From contig JAUXUT010000149.1 in the NCBI GenBank assembly GCA_030680695.1, positions 103,801-167,800 of the forward strand: a stretch of 64,000 nt of DNA, read 5' to 3'. The translations under genes and the position numbers were made by a program. Positions 49,063-59,279 of the stretch are shown in pieces. The notes beneath the pieces were generated by a model. It saw nothing but the letters and a program-made list of their open reading frames with translations. It did no database searches and was not told the origin of the DNA. The stretch comes from a bacterium. Its GTDB lineage: Bacteria; Patescibacteriota; Minisyncoccia; Phycocordibacterales; UBA6065. Each line of letters opens with the position of its first letter. The stretch's first letter is position 1.

Positions 49063-50241
49063 CTACGCAGACAAGCGACTTGGCGGGGTATCGCGAATGG
49101 CAAGGGAATATCGCAAACCATAGAGCATCACGAAACCGAGTACGATAAACAGGGTCTTCATGTCGGCAACGGTGAACAAAAGCGTGGCCACGACTGGGCC
49201 CAATACGTATGCGAACGGCCTCGCCATCCTCGAGAATCCGATCAAGTGGCTCTTGCTTGCGTCGACTTTTTTGAAGAAATAAGCCTCAATCATAGTCTCA
49301 GCAATCGATGCACCGATACGAGTGACGAACAGTATTCCCGCCCAAACGAATGGATTTCCGTTCGTGACGAATGCTGTGGCAATGGTCGCGACGCCCATGA
49401 TTATGAATCCGAGCGACAGCAGTTTCTTCTCGCCATGCGCGTCTGCAAGCTTGCCCCACCAGCTTTCGAAAAGGAACGGTATGAGCATAAATGAAAGGAT
49501 GAAGCCGATGGTGTCCCATTCGAACCCGACATACTGATGCAAATACAGGGGCGCGTATATGACCATCCAGGCATAGAAGAACTGGAGCAGTACCTGCGCG
49601 AACAGTATGGATTTGATGTCTTTGTCGCCAGATATATCGACAATGCTTTTCCAAAATGGCGTACGACTGTACTGCGGATCCTTGAAGTCTCGCAATTGGA
49701 ATAACATGAGTGATATGACAGGTAACAGCATCAAGGCGCTCGCCATATAAACGTACGAAAAATGAATCTCCTGAAGTATGAATGAGGCGAGGACAGGGGA
49801 GACGAGCCACGCGACCGCACCCATGGACAGGTATGCGCCGCGGATACTGCCTGTTTTCGAGTCTGGCGAGAAGCTTTCTAGGAATATGTCGACGCAGAAG
49901 TTTATGAGGGCAATGGCAACGAAGTTTAGTATGAAAGCCGATATGGCAATCATGACGCCGAGTCCCGAAACAAGTCCAATAAGCGACAAGAGGCACAATG
50001 ACAGAAGTAACAGTGCGAGTTTCAGGTTTCCGAAGCGGCGCAAGAAGCGCGGCATTTCAATGAAGGCCGCGAGCGCAACGATAGACGATGCGGTATACAC
50101 GATTCCCACCAACCCTTCGGGCAGGAAGCTCGCCAAGAAAGACGAGTTTATGTATGTCGGAATCGCGTGCGAGAGGGTGAACAGGAAGCCGAGGATATAT
50201 ATGATGCCGCGCTTTTGCGAAAGTGTCTTGTCTTCGAGCAT
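49063..50241 (-). CDS. MFS transporter
   Basis: 12 predicted TM segments. GxxxDRxGxR-like loop (GKLADAHGEKK). Confidence 0.75.
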   Translation of the reverse strand: MLEDKTLSQKRGIIYILGFLFTLSHAIPTYINSSFLASFLPEGLVGIVYTASSIVALAAFIEMPRFLRRFGNLKLALLLLSLCLLSLIGLVSGLGVMIAISAFILNFVAIALINFCVDIFLESFSPDSKTGSIRGAYLSMGAVAWLVSPVLASFILQEIHFSYVYMASALMLLPVISLMLFQLRDFKDPQYSRTPFWKSIVDISGDKDIKSILFAQVLLQFFYAWMVIYAPLYLHQYVGFEWDTIGFILSFMLIPFLFESWWGKLADAHGEKKLLSLGFIIMGVATIATAFVTNGNPFVWAGILFVTRIGASIAETMIEAYFFKKVDASKSHLIGFSRMARPFAYVLGPVVATLLFTVADMKTLFIVLGFVMLYGLRYSLAIRDTPPSRLSA

Positions 50242-50323
50242 GGTTCGGTGGATTGCAGACTATTATACCAAAGAAAAAGCACCCAATCGGGCGCTTTTTC
50301 ACGATCCACGTTTGCGTTTAAGT

Positions 50324-52306
50324 CTAGACGGTCAGCAACACCGGAATAACCACCGGCCTTTTGGCGGTCTCCTGGAACAGATGGCGCGCTACAGCGTCGG
50401 TCACATTGGTTTTGATCATATCGACGTCGATTGGGTTCATGCCCTCGGCAGTGCGCTCGATTGATTCCTTGATGATAGTCCTCGTTTCTCGGAGGAGGTC
50501 CTGCGATTCACGCAGATACACGAAGCCTCGTGATATGATGTCTGGTGACTTGCGCAAGCGTCCGGTCTGGGAATCGAGTATACCGAAGACAATAAACATA
50601 CCGTCCTGGGCGAGCATCTGGCGGTCGCGGAGAACCACTTCCTGGGCGTCTCCCACGGCGAATCCGTCTACGAGCACGAGATTCGAAGGGGCTTTCTCCT
50701 TGAGGACCGTGATGGTCTTGCCTTCGTCGCGGATTTCGATGACTGATCCGTTATCTGGGATGATGACGTTTTCCCTTGGTACGCCAAGACTGTAGGCGAG
50801 GTCAGTGTGCTGGCGGAGCATGTAGTGATGACCATGCACTGGCATGAAGAAGCGATATTTCATCTGCTGATGGATCCATTTCAGCTCGTCGCGGTTTCCG
50901 TGACCAGACGCATGGATGTCGGAATCGAGATACGTGATGATTTTTGCATCCGTTCGATAGAGGTTGTCCTTCAATTTAACAACAGCCGAATGGTTTGTCG
51001 GGATGATAGATGACGAGAGCAGAATGGTGTCTGTTTTTCGGAGCTTGAGATATTTGTGCTGGTTTGTCGCCATGCGCATAAGTGCCGCAAATTCCTCGCC
51101 CTGGGCGCCGGTCACGAGCATCACGATGCGATCAGGCGGATATTGTTCGATGTCCTCGACAGGAATGATGTTTGTGAGTTTGGCGAGGTCGAGATGCTTT
51201 ATGATTTCCACATTGTTTTTCATCGAGCGGCCTTCAACAACGACTTTCTTGCCGTATTTTTCAGCAGAATTGATGATGGCGAGTATGCGTTCCACCTGGG
51301 ACGCGAAAGTTCCAATGACCAGGCGGCCAGTCACAGTTTTGATGTATTTATCGATGTTTTCGATCACGACAGATTCAGACAACGAGAAACCTGTCTTTTC
51401 GACTGATGTTGAGTCGAGGGTGAGCAGGAGCACGTTCATGTCCTTGAACTGCTTGTACTGTTCTACTTCTTCTTCGGTCGGTACACCGTTGATGTTGTCG
51501 ACGCGCACGTCCTCGATGAATACGATGTTGCCATACGGCGTCTCGATGATGAGTCCCATTGCGTCTGGAATGGTGTGCGAGATAGGGAAGGTCTTCACGC
51601 GTATCTTGCCCGCCGTGATGGTTTCGTTACCCTTGATCACTTTGATGTCGAGAGGCTTGAGGTGAGGGAATTCGGTCTGGCGTTTCTCGATCATAATGGC
51701 GCCGAACTGCCTGGTGTACAGGGTTGGGTAGCCGATGCGGTCGATGATGAAAGGGATACCGCCGATGTGGTCGAGGTGTCCGTGGGTGATGAAGAGTGCG
51801 CGGATTTTATCTTTGCGTTCCTCGAGGTATCGGGTGTTAGGAAGTATATAGTCGATGCCAGGAGTGGATTCGTCCTTGAACTGGAAACCTGCATCAACAA
51901 CGATGATATCGTCGCCGATTTCAAAGGCGGTCATGTTCTTGCCGATTTCTTCTACGCCTCCGATAGGAATGATGCGAATGTTACCTGGTGCGAGTGGTGG
52001 AATGACGTCTGCAGGGCGTGCCTCAGCAATTGGTGCAGATTCAAGCCTGTTGAAGCCACCAGCCATAGGTCGGCGGTCGTGGCTTCGTCTGTCGCGTCCC
52101 ATACCACCACCGTTACCGCGGCCTCCTCGGCCACGCGATCCGCCCATGCCTGGACCTCCTCGGCCTCGTCCTCCACGGCCGCCGCGTCGGCGTGGCCCGC
52201 CAGTTTCTGCTCCTCCTCGTCCGTGGCTGTGGTGCGGCGCTCTGTGTGACGACGATGCTGGTGTCGCGCTCGCTGCCGAAACCGTCTGCTTGTTCTCTGA
52301 ATCCAT
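50324..52306 (-). CDS. rnj: Ribonuclease J (metallo-beta-lactamase/beta-CASP) with N-terminal RGG-rich extension
   Basis: HGHLDHIGG motif, beta-CASP region, C-terminal domain. N-terminal GRGGRGG repeats. Confidence 0.9.
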   Translation of the reverse strand: MDSENKQTVSAASATPASSSHRAPHHSHGRGGAETGGPRRRGGRGGRGRGGPGMGGSRGRGGRGNGGGMGRDRRSHDRRPMAGGFNRLESAPIAEARPADVIPPLAPGNIRIIPIGGVEEIGKNMTAFEIGDDIIVVDAGFQFKDESTPGIDYILPNTRYLEERKDKIRALFITHGHLDHIGGIPFIIDRIGYPTLYTRQFGAIMIEKRQTEFPHLKPLDIKVIKGNETITAGKIRVKTFPISHTIPDAMGLIIETPYGNIVFIEDVRVDNINGVPTEEEVEQYKQFKDMNVLLLTLDSTSVEKTGFSLSESVVIENIDKYIKTVTGRLVIGTFASQVERILAIINSAEKYGKKVVVEGRSMKNNVEIIKHLDLAKLTNIIPVEDIEQYPPDRIVMLVTGAQGEEFAALMRMATNQHKYLKLRKTDTILLSSSIIPTNHSAVVKLKDNLYRTDAKIITYLDSDIHASGHGNRDELKWIHQQMKYRFFMPVHGHHYMLRQHTDLAYSLGVPRENVIIPDNGSVIEIRDEGKTITVLKEKAPSNLVLVDGFAVGDAQEVVLRDRQMLAQDGMFIVFGILDSQTGRLRKSPDIISRGFVYLRESQDLLRETRTIIKESIERTAEGMNPIDVDMIKTNVTDAVARHLFQETAKRPVVIPVLLTV

Positions 52307-52317
52307 TTCTATGTTAG

Positions 52318-54078
52318 TTACTTTCTAATGTTTGTAATCGCAAATATTTTCCACACTCGTTCCTTCGAGAGATGCCATTTTTCTACTCCCTGGAATCGGT
52401 CGGATGGAGTGGTAATTTGGCCGAGCTCTACGCCCTGGAGCCTGTCCGGTACAGCGTATATAAAGTCTGGGCTCCAAAGGAAGATCGCAGGGGTGTCCGC
52501 CGCAACCTCAGCAGCAAATGCAGCATAGTCGCCCTGGAAGGTCGAGGAATCAGTCGCCTGCCTCATTCGGGTGAGTATGTTGTCAGCCTTGCTGTTGGTG
52601 TAAAGGGCGATATTTAGACCGGGATCGTTTCTTTGTGATGAGTGCCAGAATGCGTATAGGTCAGGATTCTTGCCTGTGACGATGCCGAAAAGAAGAGCAT
52701 CGTATTTTCTTGGTCTGATTACGGCCTGGTTGAGGTCGGTTGGTTCGAAGACCTTAACATCTACTTCTGCACCGATGGCTTTCCAGTTTTCTTCGATATG
52801 ACGAGCTGCTTCGACGAGTTCTGGTACGTTTGCAGTCGCAAGAGAAAGCGAAAGCGTTGTGGTTGCAGTTGTCTTGTTTGTTTTATATCCAAATATTCCG
52901 GTTTCAGGGTCCATCTTCCAGCCTCCTTTTATAAGGAGAGCCTGTGCATCTTCGATGTTCGAGATCTGATCTGGACGTGTGGCCATGGACGCTTCTTCCG
53001 ATCCCGAAAGTGCTGGCGGCAAAGGACCATCCGCGACGGTCGCAAAGCCCTTCAAGACGTTCTCGACAATATTTTGCTTGTCTATGGCCGCATCGAGCGC
53101 CTTTCGTGCCTCTTTGTGGGTAAGTATTTCGCGCTGGTTATGGTTGAAGAAGATTCCGAAAACGCGGGTGTATGGTGCGCGCATGAGGCGTTCGCCAGCA
53201 ATGGCTTCGTTTCCGGCTGTAGGACCGAGGTTTGACGCACTTTCAATTTCCTTGCTACGAAGGGCGTTCATGAGGGCGTTGTCGCTCGCATAGAAACGAA
53301 CTACGATGCGCGATATGTAAGGTTCGCCCGCGGTATACTTTTTGTTTGCGGAAAGAGAATATGAGGTCGGCAAACCGTCCGCAGCGCGCTGAATCGATGA
53401 TATACGGTATGGTCCAGATCCTATCGCGTCTACGTTGCTCGAGCTAAATGGGAATTGGTCGCTCGAATAAGACTGCCAGATATGGCGAGGAAGTATACCG
53501 AGCGAGAGGTTGCCGATGAACGGCGCGTATGGCTGTTTGAGTCGGAATGCGATTTCGTGGGTGCCTTTTTTCTCGACGGTGACACCTTCCCAACTTACAC
53601 GGCGAGGACTTTTCAAGGTTGAGTCCTGGGCTTTTAGTACGGTGAATTCAATATCGTCGGCTGTGAGAGGCTCACCATCATGGAATACGGCGTCTTTGCG
53701 TATGGTGAATGAATACAAGAGACCGTCGTCCGATATTGTGAAGCTTTCGGACAGGTCGTTTACATATCCACCGTCGGGCGTTGCCTTAAGGAGACCAGAA
53801 TATACCAGTGCAACAAGGTCGCGGTCGGCGTCGGACGATGCGAGCAGGGGATTAATGAAGCGCGGTGTACCTACGACGCCTTCAACGAGGGTTCCACCAC
53901 GATGTGGTACGTCGACCATGAAATGTCCGCTTGCTTTTACGGTGAGCGAAAGGACAGATCCAGCGAATACAGCAAAAGCTACAAGGAATATGGCCTTGCT
54001 TGTTATGCTAAACGATTCGAACGCCTTGTGGAGCTCGTGGAGGCCTTTAATGCGGCGCTCGCGGATGAATGGTTCCAT
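52318..54078 (-). CDS. ABC transporter substrate-binding protein, family 5 (oligopeptide/nickel type)
   Basis: N-terminal TM anchor. Overall SBP_bac_5 organisation (GGTL...G.....NP... and the Trp-rich C-domain). Confidence 0.7.
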   Translation of the reverse strand: MEPFIRERRIKGLHELHKAFESFSITSKAIFLVAFAVFAGSVLSLTVKASGHFMVDVPHRGGTLVEGVVGTPRFINPLLASSDADRDLVALVYSGLLKATPDGGYVNDLSESFTISDDGLLYSFTIRKDAVFHDGEPLTADDIEFTVLKAQDSTLKSPRRVSWEGVTVEKKGTHEIAFRLKQPYAPFIGNLSLGILPRHIWQSYSSDQFPFSSSNVDAIGSGPYRISSIQRAADGLPTSYSLSANKKYTAGEPYISRIVVRFYASDNALMNALRSKEIESASNLGPTAGNEAIAGERLMRAPYTRVFGIFFNHNQREILTHKEARKALDAAIDKQNIVENVLKGFATVADGPLPPALSGSEEASMATRPDQISNIEDAQALLIKGGWKMDPETGIFGYKTNKTTATTTLSLSLATANVPELVEAARHIEENWKAIGAEVDVKVFEPTDLNQAVIRPRKYDALLFGIVTGKNPDLYAFWHSSQRNDPGLNIALYTNSKADNILTRMRQATDSSTFQGDYAAFAAEVAADTPAIFLWSPDFIYAVPDRLQGVELGQITTPSDRFQGVEKWHLSKERVWKIFAITNIRK

Positions 54079-54126
54079 TATGTTGTCCTGCGCGGGCAGG
54101 TTCGTTAGATAAGGTAAAGGTGAAGT

Positions 54127-54357
54127 CTAGAACATGAGTGACAGGACTGCGGTGACTGCAAAAAGTACGCCGAGCACGACGGTCGAGATGAAGAGCAGCT
54201 TTTCGAAGCCGCGTCGCGTGTGGAATACCGAGCTCATGTCGCCTCCGCCACCGAGCGCCCCGCCATTCATAGCACCCGACTGCTGGAGAAGGATGGCTGC
54301 GATGAGGAGTACCGAGATGATTAGCTGCACGTACGGCAGGATGCCAGAAATACTCAT
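54127..54357 (-). CDS. secG: Preprotein translocase subunit SecG
   Basis: 76 aa, two TM helices flanking a Gly-rich loop LLQQSGAMNGGALGGGGD. Confidence 0.8.
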   Translation of the reverse strand: MSISGILPYVQLIISVLLIAAILLQQSGAMNGGALGGGGDMSSVFHTRRGFEKLLFISTVVLGVLFAVTAVLSLMF

Positions 54358-54456
54358 GGGTCAAAGGTTAGCACGAGGTAGGGCAATAGGCAAGAACCTA
54401 CCACACATGTGACTTTTCCTTGACGCAGCCCTAAAAATGCTATACTTGAAGCCTAC

Positions 54457-55083
54457 ATGAAGGCTATAACCACGTTTTTCGAAACGTACCTAAACGTTCC
54501 CGAATCCAAGGTCCGCTACCTTACCCGTCCCACGGCCATAGATCGTTTTTTAGAGAAAACGTTCATAAAACTCTTGCCAGAGTCTGTTACCCCGAACCAG
54601 ATAACTAGGTTTAGGCTGTTATCGATACCTGTTATTGCCATTTGTCTTGTTTTGGAATGGTACGCAGTCGGAACTGTCCTTTTCTTGTTTTCGGCTTTTT
54701 CTGATGCCATTGACGGAGCGTTGGCTCGTACTAAAAAGCAGGTTACGGTGTGGGGTACGTTTTATGACCCAATTGCCGACAAGCTCCTTATCGGAATGGT
54801 TGCGACGATTGTCATCACAAAATATGTCAGTCCATATCTTGCCCTTTTCATAATCATTCTCGAGATACTACTTGTTGCCTCCGCATATTACCGATACAAG
54901 GGCAGGGTCGTGCCAGCCAAGACCATGGGCAAGAGCAAGATGGTGTTGCAATGTGTCGGCGTGATATTGCTCTTGTTCTATATATTGTTCCCGGTGGCTT
55001 GGCTTTTTGCCGTCGCTACATGGGCACTGTACATATCCGTCGTATTTTCGCTCTTGTCGCTTCTGGTTTTCAGGTCTATATAG
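54457..55083 (+). CDS. CDP-alcohol phosphatidyltransferase family protein (PgsA-like)
   Basis: DAIDGALAR...G...DPIADK signature D-x2-DG-x2-AR...G-x3-D-x3-D. Confidence 0.75.
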   Translation: MKAITTFFETYLNVPESKVRYLTRPTAIDRFLEKTFIKLLPESVTPNQITRFRLLSIPVIAICLVLEWYAVGTVLFLFSAFSDAIDGALARTKKQVTVWGTFYDPIADKLLIGMVATIVITKYVSPYLALFIIILEILLVASAYYRYKGRVVPAKTMGKSKMVLQCVGVILLLFYILFPVAWLFAVATWALYISVVFSLLSLLVFRSI

Positions 55084-55102
55084 AAAAGTTATAATATCGA
55101 TC

Positions 55103-55606
55103 ATGAGAAATAAGATCATCCTGATTTTTGTAATTGTCTTGGTGGTGCTTGCGGCATGGTCTGCAGTCAGCCATTCACGGATCGTTGCCGCCGATGCTCT
55201 CGCGACTAAACAGTGGCTCGCGGCAGATTCTGCGTATGCGGCGCGCTTCGCGCGCATGGCGGATGCTCTTTCAAGTACAGATGCGGCTGGTTTCGCCGCG
55301 GCCGTGAACAGGTATGTATCGTCACAGGGCATGGACACCAAAGCCCTCGCCGCCGCCGATGTCGAGGCAGAATATGCGCAGGCGGTATTTGCCAAAGACG
55401 GCGATCTGACCGTTCCATCGTCCTTGTCTGCGGCCCGTTTGGAAGCCGTGCAGGCAACAGATGCGGCCGTTTCAGCGGCGAGGGGCTCGTATAATGAGGC
55501 CGTAAGGGTTTATAATACGAGTATATCGGGATTTCCTGGCTCTGTGGTTGCAAGGATGTTCGGATATGGGCCGCGCACGTATCTGCGTGCAACCGACGGA
55601 TTCTAA
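55103..55606 (+). CDS. LemA family protein (paralog 1)
   Basis: N-terminal TM. C-terminal YNTSISGFPGSVVARMFGY LemA motif. In-frame ATG 55103. Confidence 0.6.
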   Translation: MRNKIILIFVIVLVVLAAWSAVSHSRIVAADALATKQWLAADSAYAARFARMADALSSTDAAGFAAAVNRYVSSQGMDTKALAAADVEAEYAQAVFAKDGDLTVPSSLSAARLEAVQATDAAVSAARGSYNEAVRVYNTSISGFPGSVVARMFGYGPRTYLRATDGF

Positions 55607-55621
55607 TTAACAAAACTCATC

Positions 55622-56173
55622 ATGAAATACATACTTATTGCTGTTGGTGTCATCGTTGTTTGGGCGGTATTCGCCTATAACTCGTTTATAAGTCTCATTA
55701 ACAGGGCCAAGGAGGCTTGGTCTGACATCGACGTACAGCTCAAGAGGCGCTATGACCTCATCCCTAATCTCGTGAACTCGGTCAAGGGATATGCGACCCA
55801 TGAAAAATCGGTCTTCGAGAACGTTACCGCGGCGAGGGCTGCTGCAATCGGCGCCCAGACCCCAGAAGAAAAGGGTAAGGCAGAAAACATGCTCACAGGC
55901 GCGCTCAAATCAGTGTTCGCGGTCGCCGAGGCATATCCTGACCTCAAGGCCAATACCAATTTCATTGAACTCCAGCGCGAGCTTTCAGACACCGAGAACA
56001 AAATACAGTCTGCTCGAAGGTTCTACAACTCGAACGTCAGGGCTCTTAACACCAAGGTCGATTCGTTCCCATCAAATATCATCGCCTCGATGTTCAAGTT
56101 TGGCCACATGGAGCTTTTCTCGCTCGACGAAGCTGACGCGGCGGCTAGGAATCCGGTCGAGGTCAAGTTCTAG
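55622..56173 (+). CDS. lemA: LemA family protein (paralog 2)
   Basis: FISLINRAKEAWSDIDVQLKRRYDLIPNLV and YNSNVRALNTKVDSFPSNIIASMFKF are canonical LemA motifs. Confidence 0.85.
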   Translation: MKYILIAVGVIVVWAVFAYNSFISLINRAKEAWSDIDVQLKRRYDLIPNLVNSVKGYATHEKSVFENVTAARAAAIGAQTPEEKGKAENMLTGALKSVFAVAEAYPDLKANTNFIELQRELSDTENKIQSARRFYNSNVRALNTKVDSFPSNIIASMFKFGHMELFSLDEADAAARNPVEVKF

Positions 56174-56184
56174 CTTTCCCAACC

Positions 56185-57084
56185 GTGACTCTCTATTCAC
56201 AGCAGTCACATAATGTTTGGAAGACATGGCTACTCATGGCATGTTTCCTTGCCGTGCTCGCCGGTGTGGGATATTTCTTAAGCCTTTATTATGGCAATCC
56301 GCTGATATTTACTATCGCGATTGTTATATCGGTGCTCATGAATATCGGCAGTTACTGGTTCTCAGATAAAATCGTCCTCAAGCTTTCCCACGCACGTGCT
56401 GTGACGCGACAGGAATTCCCAGATCTGTGGAACGTGACAGAAAACCTCGCAATCGCGGCCGGTCTGCCAATGCCAAAACTGTATATCATCGATGATCCAT
56501 CACCGAACGCGTTCGCCACGGGCAGGAACAAACAACATTCGGCTGTGGCCGTAACCACAGGTCTCATGGCAATCCTTGACCGGCCCGAACTGGAGGGCGT
56601 TGTCGCGCATGAACTAGCCCATATCGGTAACAGGGACATACTTCTCATGTCGGTAGTGGCAGTACTCGTCGGTTGCATCGCCCTTGCCGGGGATTTCTTC
56701 CTACGTTCGCAGATATTCGGTGGCGGTGGCAGGAGCAAGGATAACGGTAATCAGCTCGTTATGATCATTGGTATCGTGTTTCTCATCCTTTCACCAATCG
56801 TTGCGACTGTGATCAAATTAGCCGTGTCGAGAAGGCGCGAATTCCTCGCCGATGCGACGGGCGCCCTTATGACGAGGTATCCAGAAGGCCTCGCTGGGGC
56901 ATTGCGCAAGATATCGTCCCACGGCAAGCCATTGCGCCACGCCCACGCGGCGACGGCCCACATGTTCATATCAAACCCCTTGAAAGAAGGAGGGGACGAA
57001 AAGGTTTCAGGGTTCGCCAAACTTTTCATGACGCATCCACCGACAGGGGAGCGAATCGCGGCGTTGTTGGGACAGAAGGTGTAA
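56185..57084 (+). CDS. htpX: Zinc metalloprotease HtpX (M48)
   Basis: HELAHIGNRD HExxH, four TM helices, EFLADATGAL downstream Glu. Classic LemA-HtpX pairing. Confidence 0.9.
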   Translation: MTLYSQQSHNVWKTWLLMACFLAVLAGVGYFLSLYYGNPLIFTIAIVISVLMNIGSYWFSDKIVLKLSHARAVTRQEFPDLWNVTENLAIAAGLPMPKLYIIDDPSPNAFATGRNKQHSAVAVTTGLMAILDRPELEGVVAHELAHIGNRDILLMSVVAVLVGCIALAGDFFLRSQIFGGGGRSKDNGNQLVMIIGIVFLILSPIVATVIKLAVSRRREFLADATGALMTRYPEGLAGALRKISSHGKPLRHAHAATAHMFISNPLKEGGDEKVSGFAKLFMTHPPTGERIAALLGQKV

Positions 57085-57179
57085 TCGCCGCAGCGGCACG
57101 CGCGGCGAGCCGACAGATTTGGAAAATTTCGGGTTTTGCCTCATATTAGTACCTGCCGACGGCAAGATGCGCGGCAAAC

Positions 57180-57266
57180 GGAGAGATGGCAGAGCGGTCT
57201 AATGCACCACCTTGGAAAGGTGGCGTGCCTGAAAGGGTACCGGGAGTTCGAATCTCCCTCTCTCCG
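57180..57266 (+). tRNA. tRNA-Ser (GGA) with long variable arm
   Basis: ggagaga acceptor, anticodon loop tTGGAAa, long extra arm gcgtgcctgaaagggtacc, T-arm gggag-ttcgaat-ctccc. 87 nt. Confidence 0.85.
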
Positions 57267-57410
57267 CAAGACCAAAAAATACAGGCCGGGGCCTGTATTT
57301 TTTGTGTCTCTGCGGTTAGAGATAGGAGATGAGAAAGGCGGAGCGCGCCGAGGTCGCGAATATGCAGATATACCCTTATTATACACCCGTCAACATCATT
57401 TGTCAATACC

Positions 57411-58400
57411 CTATTCAAACCCAACCTTAAAGCCATACATTCCCATAGAACACGTTCCTTCAAGGGTCGTACCGGCCTCAGGTACTCCTAGGTCTATGAC
57501 TTCTTCTTGTGTTTGGGTAAGCATCTTGCGATATCCGAGTGATGGGATGGCGAGCGCGGCCGAACAATCATATGCGCGAGCGGCGTCGACTACGAGCATG
57601 GTAGGCATACCAGCCTGCGCCGTCGTCACTGATGGATGATAGCCTCTTCCTGCGCGGATGGTTATGTATTGCACTCCGTCGCGGATTTCCACGTTCTGAC
57701 CTTGCTGAACAGAATCAACAGATGATGCCGGTGTGTCAGCCGTAAACAACGGACGAATGATGCCAAGTCCAGCGAGCCCGCCAAGAAGGGCATAGATACC
57801 GAGGGCAATCACGATGACGCCGGCGGCTTTGAAAAGTGTTGGCGCGTGTTTTGAACGGATAAACGATGCAGATCCGAACGAAAGGGCGAGAAGCATCGGC
57901 AAGGTGCCGAGCGCGAACACCAGCATGATGAGGAGGCCGGTCATGAACGATCCACTGCCAAGAGCAGCCGCTTGCGCCGATTGCGTGAATCCGCAGGGCA
58001 AGAAAAACGTTGCGGCGCCGAGGGCGAGCGGCGCACCGGAACGGTGCGCCGCATCTTTGAGGCGAGCAAAAATCCGTTCAGGGAGCATGATGCCGCTTTT
58101 CGGGAGCGCTCCGACGAGGCTCAGTCCAAGGAGAATCATCACGATGGATGCGAATATTCCGAGGAATGCGCTCAAGGTAAGTCCAAATGAACCGATGGCC
58201 CCACCAATTGCACCAAGCACGCCGCCGAGCACGGCGAATGTGCCAAGTCTTCCGGCATGGAACAGGACGAATGTTCTCGTGCTACCTACGCCTTCTTGCG
58301 TGACCTTGGCCGACAATGACAGCACAAGGCCGCCTACGACCGCAAGGCAGCTTGAAATGGAGGCAAGGAGGCCGATGATGAGGGCGGTGGTCAGGGTCAT
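57411..58400 (-). CDS. Polytopic membrane protein with Cys-containing TM helices (DsbD_2/CcdA-like?) and C-terminal cupredoxin-like domain
   Basis: ISSCLAVVGG and LPCGFTQ in TM helices. C-terminal domain ends GTCSMGMYGFKV, resembling the Cupredoxin_1 Y.F.CS...M.G motif but lacking a His ligand. Confidence 0.4.
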   Translation of the reverse strand: MTLTTALIIGLLASISSCLAVVGGLVLSLSAKVTQEGVGSTRTFVLFHAGRLGTFAVLGGVLGAIGGAIGSFGLTLSAFLGIFASIVMILLGLSLVGALPKSGIMLPERIFARLKDAAHRSGAPLALGAATFFLPCGFTQSAQAAALGSGSFMTGLLIMLVFALGTLPMLLALSFGSASFIRSKHAPTLFKAAGVIVIALGIYALLGGLAGLGIIRPLFTADTPASSVDSVQQGQNVEIRDGVQYITIRAGRGYHPSVTTAQAGMPTMLVVDAARAYDCSAALAIPSLGYRKMLTQTQEEVIDLGVPEAGTTLEGTCSMGMYGFKVGFE

Positions 58401-58765
58401 AGCTCGCAGCCGCTTATCTCGGCAAGGCGTTCGAGGCCCTGCTGGCCCTCGTATTTAGTTCCAGCAGCATCGACCCAGGTTGGATATCCATTGATACCTT
58501 TGTCGAGACAGATTTTCGTATTTTCAGGGCATTCGACATAGGGAACGTACGAGAACGCCGCGCCGAATCGGGCCTTCTCGGCCTTGCAGTGCGAGCACCA
58601 TTCAGCGCCGTACATGGTGAGGCCCTTCGATGCTATGCATTGGGCGAACGCGGTCAGTGCAGGGTTTGGCGCCGAGCTATCCTTGGCATATTTGGCTACC
58701 CAGAACGCTCCCAGGACGATGAGCGCGATCACAACCGCCGTAATAATCGTGTTGTTGATATTCAT
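58397..58765 (-). CDS. Membrane-anchored thioredoxin-like protein (WCSHC), paralog of 44053..44439
   Basis: YGAEWCSHCKAEKARFG...YVEC....C....YPTW. Same architecture as the upstream Trx-like gene. Confidence 0.65.
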   Translation of the reverse strand: MNINNTIITAVVIALIVLGAFWVAKYAKDSSAPNPALTAFAQCIASKGLTMYGAEWCSHCKAEKARFGAAFSYVPYVECPENTKICLDKGINGYPTWVDAAGTKYEGQQGLERLAEISGCEL

Positions 58766-58786
58766 ACAGACACATTATGCCGTTTC

Positions 58787-59272
58787 TTATTCTTTACAGC
58801 AATCTATGAGGCCTTTGACGATGTCTTCGTGGGACATTGTGGCTTTTTCGTTCATAGCATTCACCACATGCGGCGCCTGGATGATTTTTAGCCTAAGTGC
58901 AAAAAATACGTTGAAAGCTTTGTATGCATAGGCAAATGTTTCTTCGGCTTCTTTTTTCTTGCCAGATGATTGGAGTTTGGTGCCGACTTCCATGAGACGC
59001 ATGGTTGTGGAAAGGAGGTGTTTGGATATGCACCAGCTCTCACCCTCGGTCCTCTCGATCATACGTCCGAGCAGCGCCTTGCGCATTTCGCGCACCTCGT
59101 TCAACGTATCGTAATATTCTGACTTGCCCGTCTTTGCTCCTGTAAAGAAGAAATGTTCCTCGAGCGATATGAGGTTCATGATCGCAATGGCGAGATCTTC
59201 CTCGACCGATAGGTCAATACCGCTTTTCTTTGTTGCCTCGATTTTCGCGAGAAGTTCTTTGTAGTCTTTCAT
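58787..59272 (-). CDS. Hypothetical cytoplasmic protein
   Basis: 161-aa helical protein. No motif. Confidence 0.35.
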   Translation of the reverse strand: MKDYKELLAKIEATKKSGIDLSVEEDLAIAIMNLISLEEHFFFTGAKTGKSEYYDTLNEVREMRKALLGRMIERTEGESWCISKHLLSTTMRLMEVGTKLQSSGKKKEAEETFAYAYKAFNVFFALRLKIIQAPHVVNAMNEKATMSHEDIVKGLIDCCKE

Positions 59273-59279
59273 GTCTGTA

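Noticed and set aside
50964-52328. Plus-strand ORFs (233, 224, 157 aa) antisense to RNase J
   Set aside because: Low-complexity Arg/Pro/Ser-rich translations mirroring the RGG-rich N-terminus of RNase J on the other strand.
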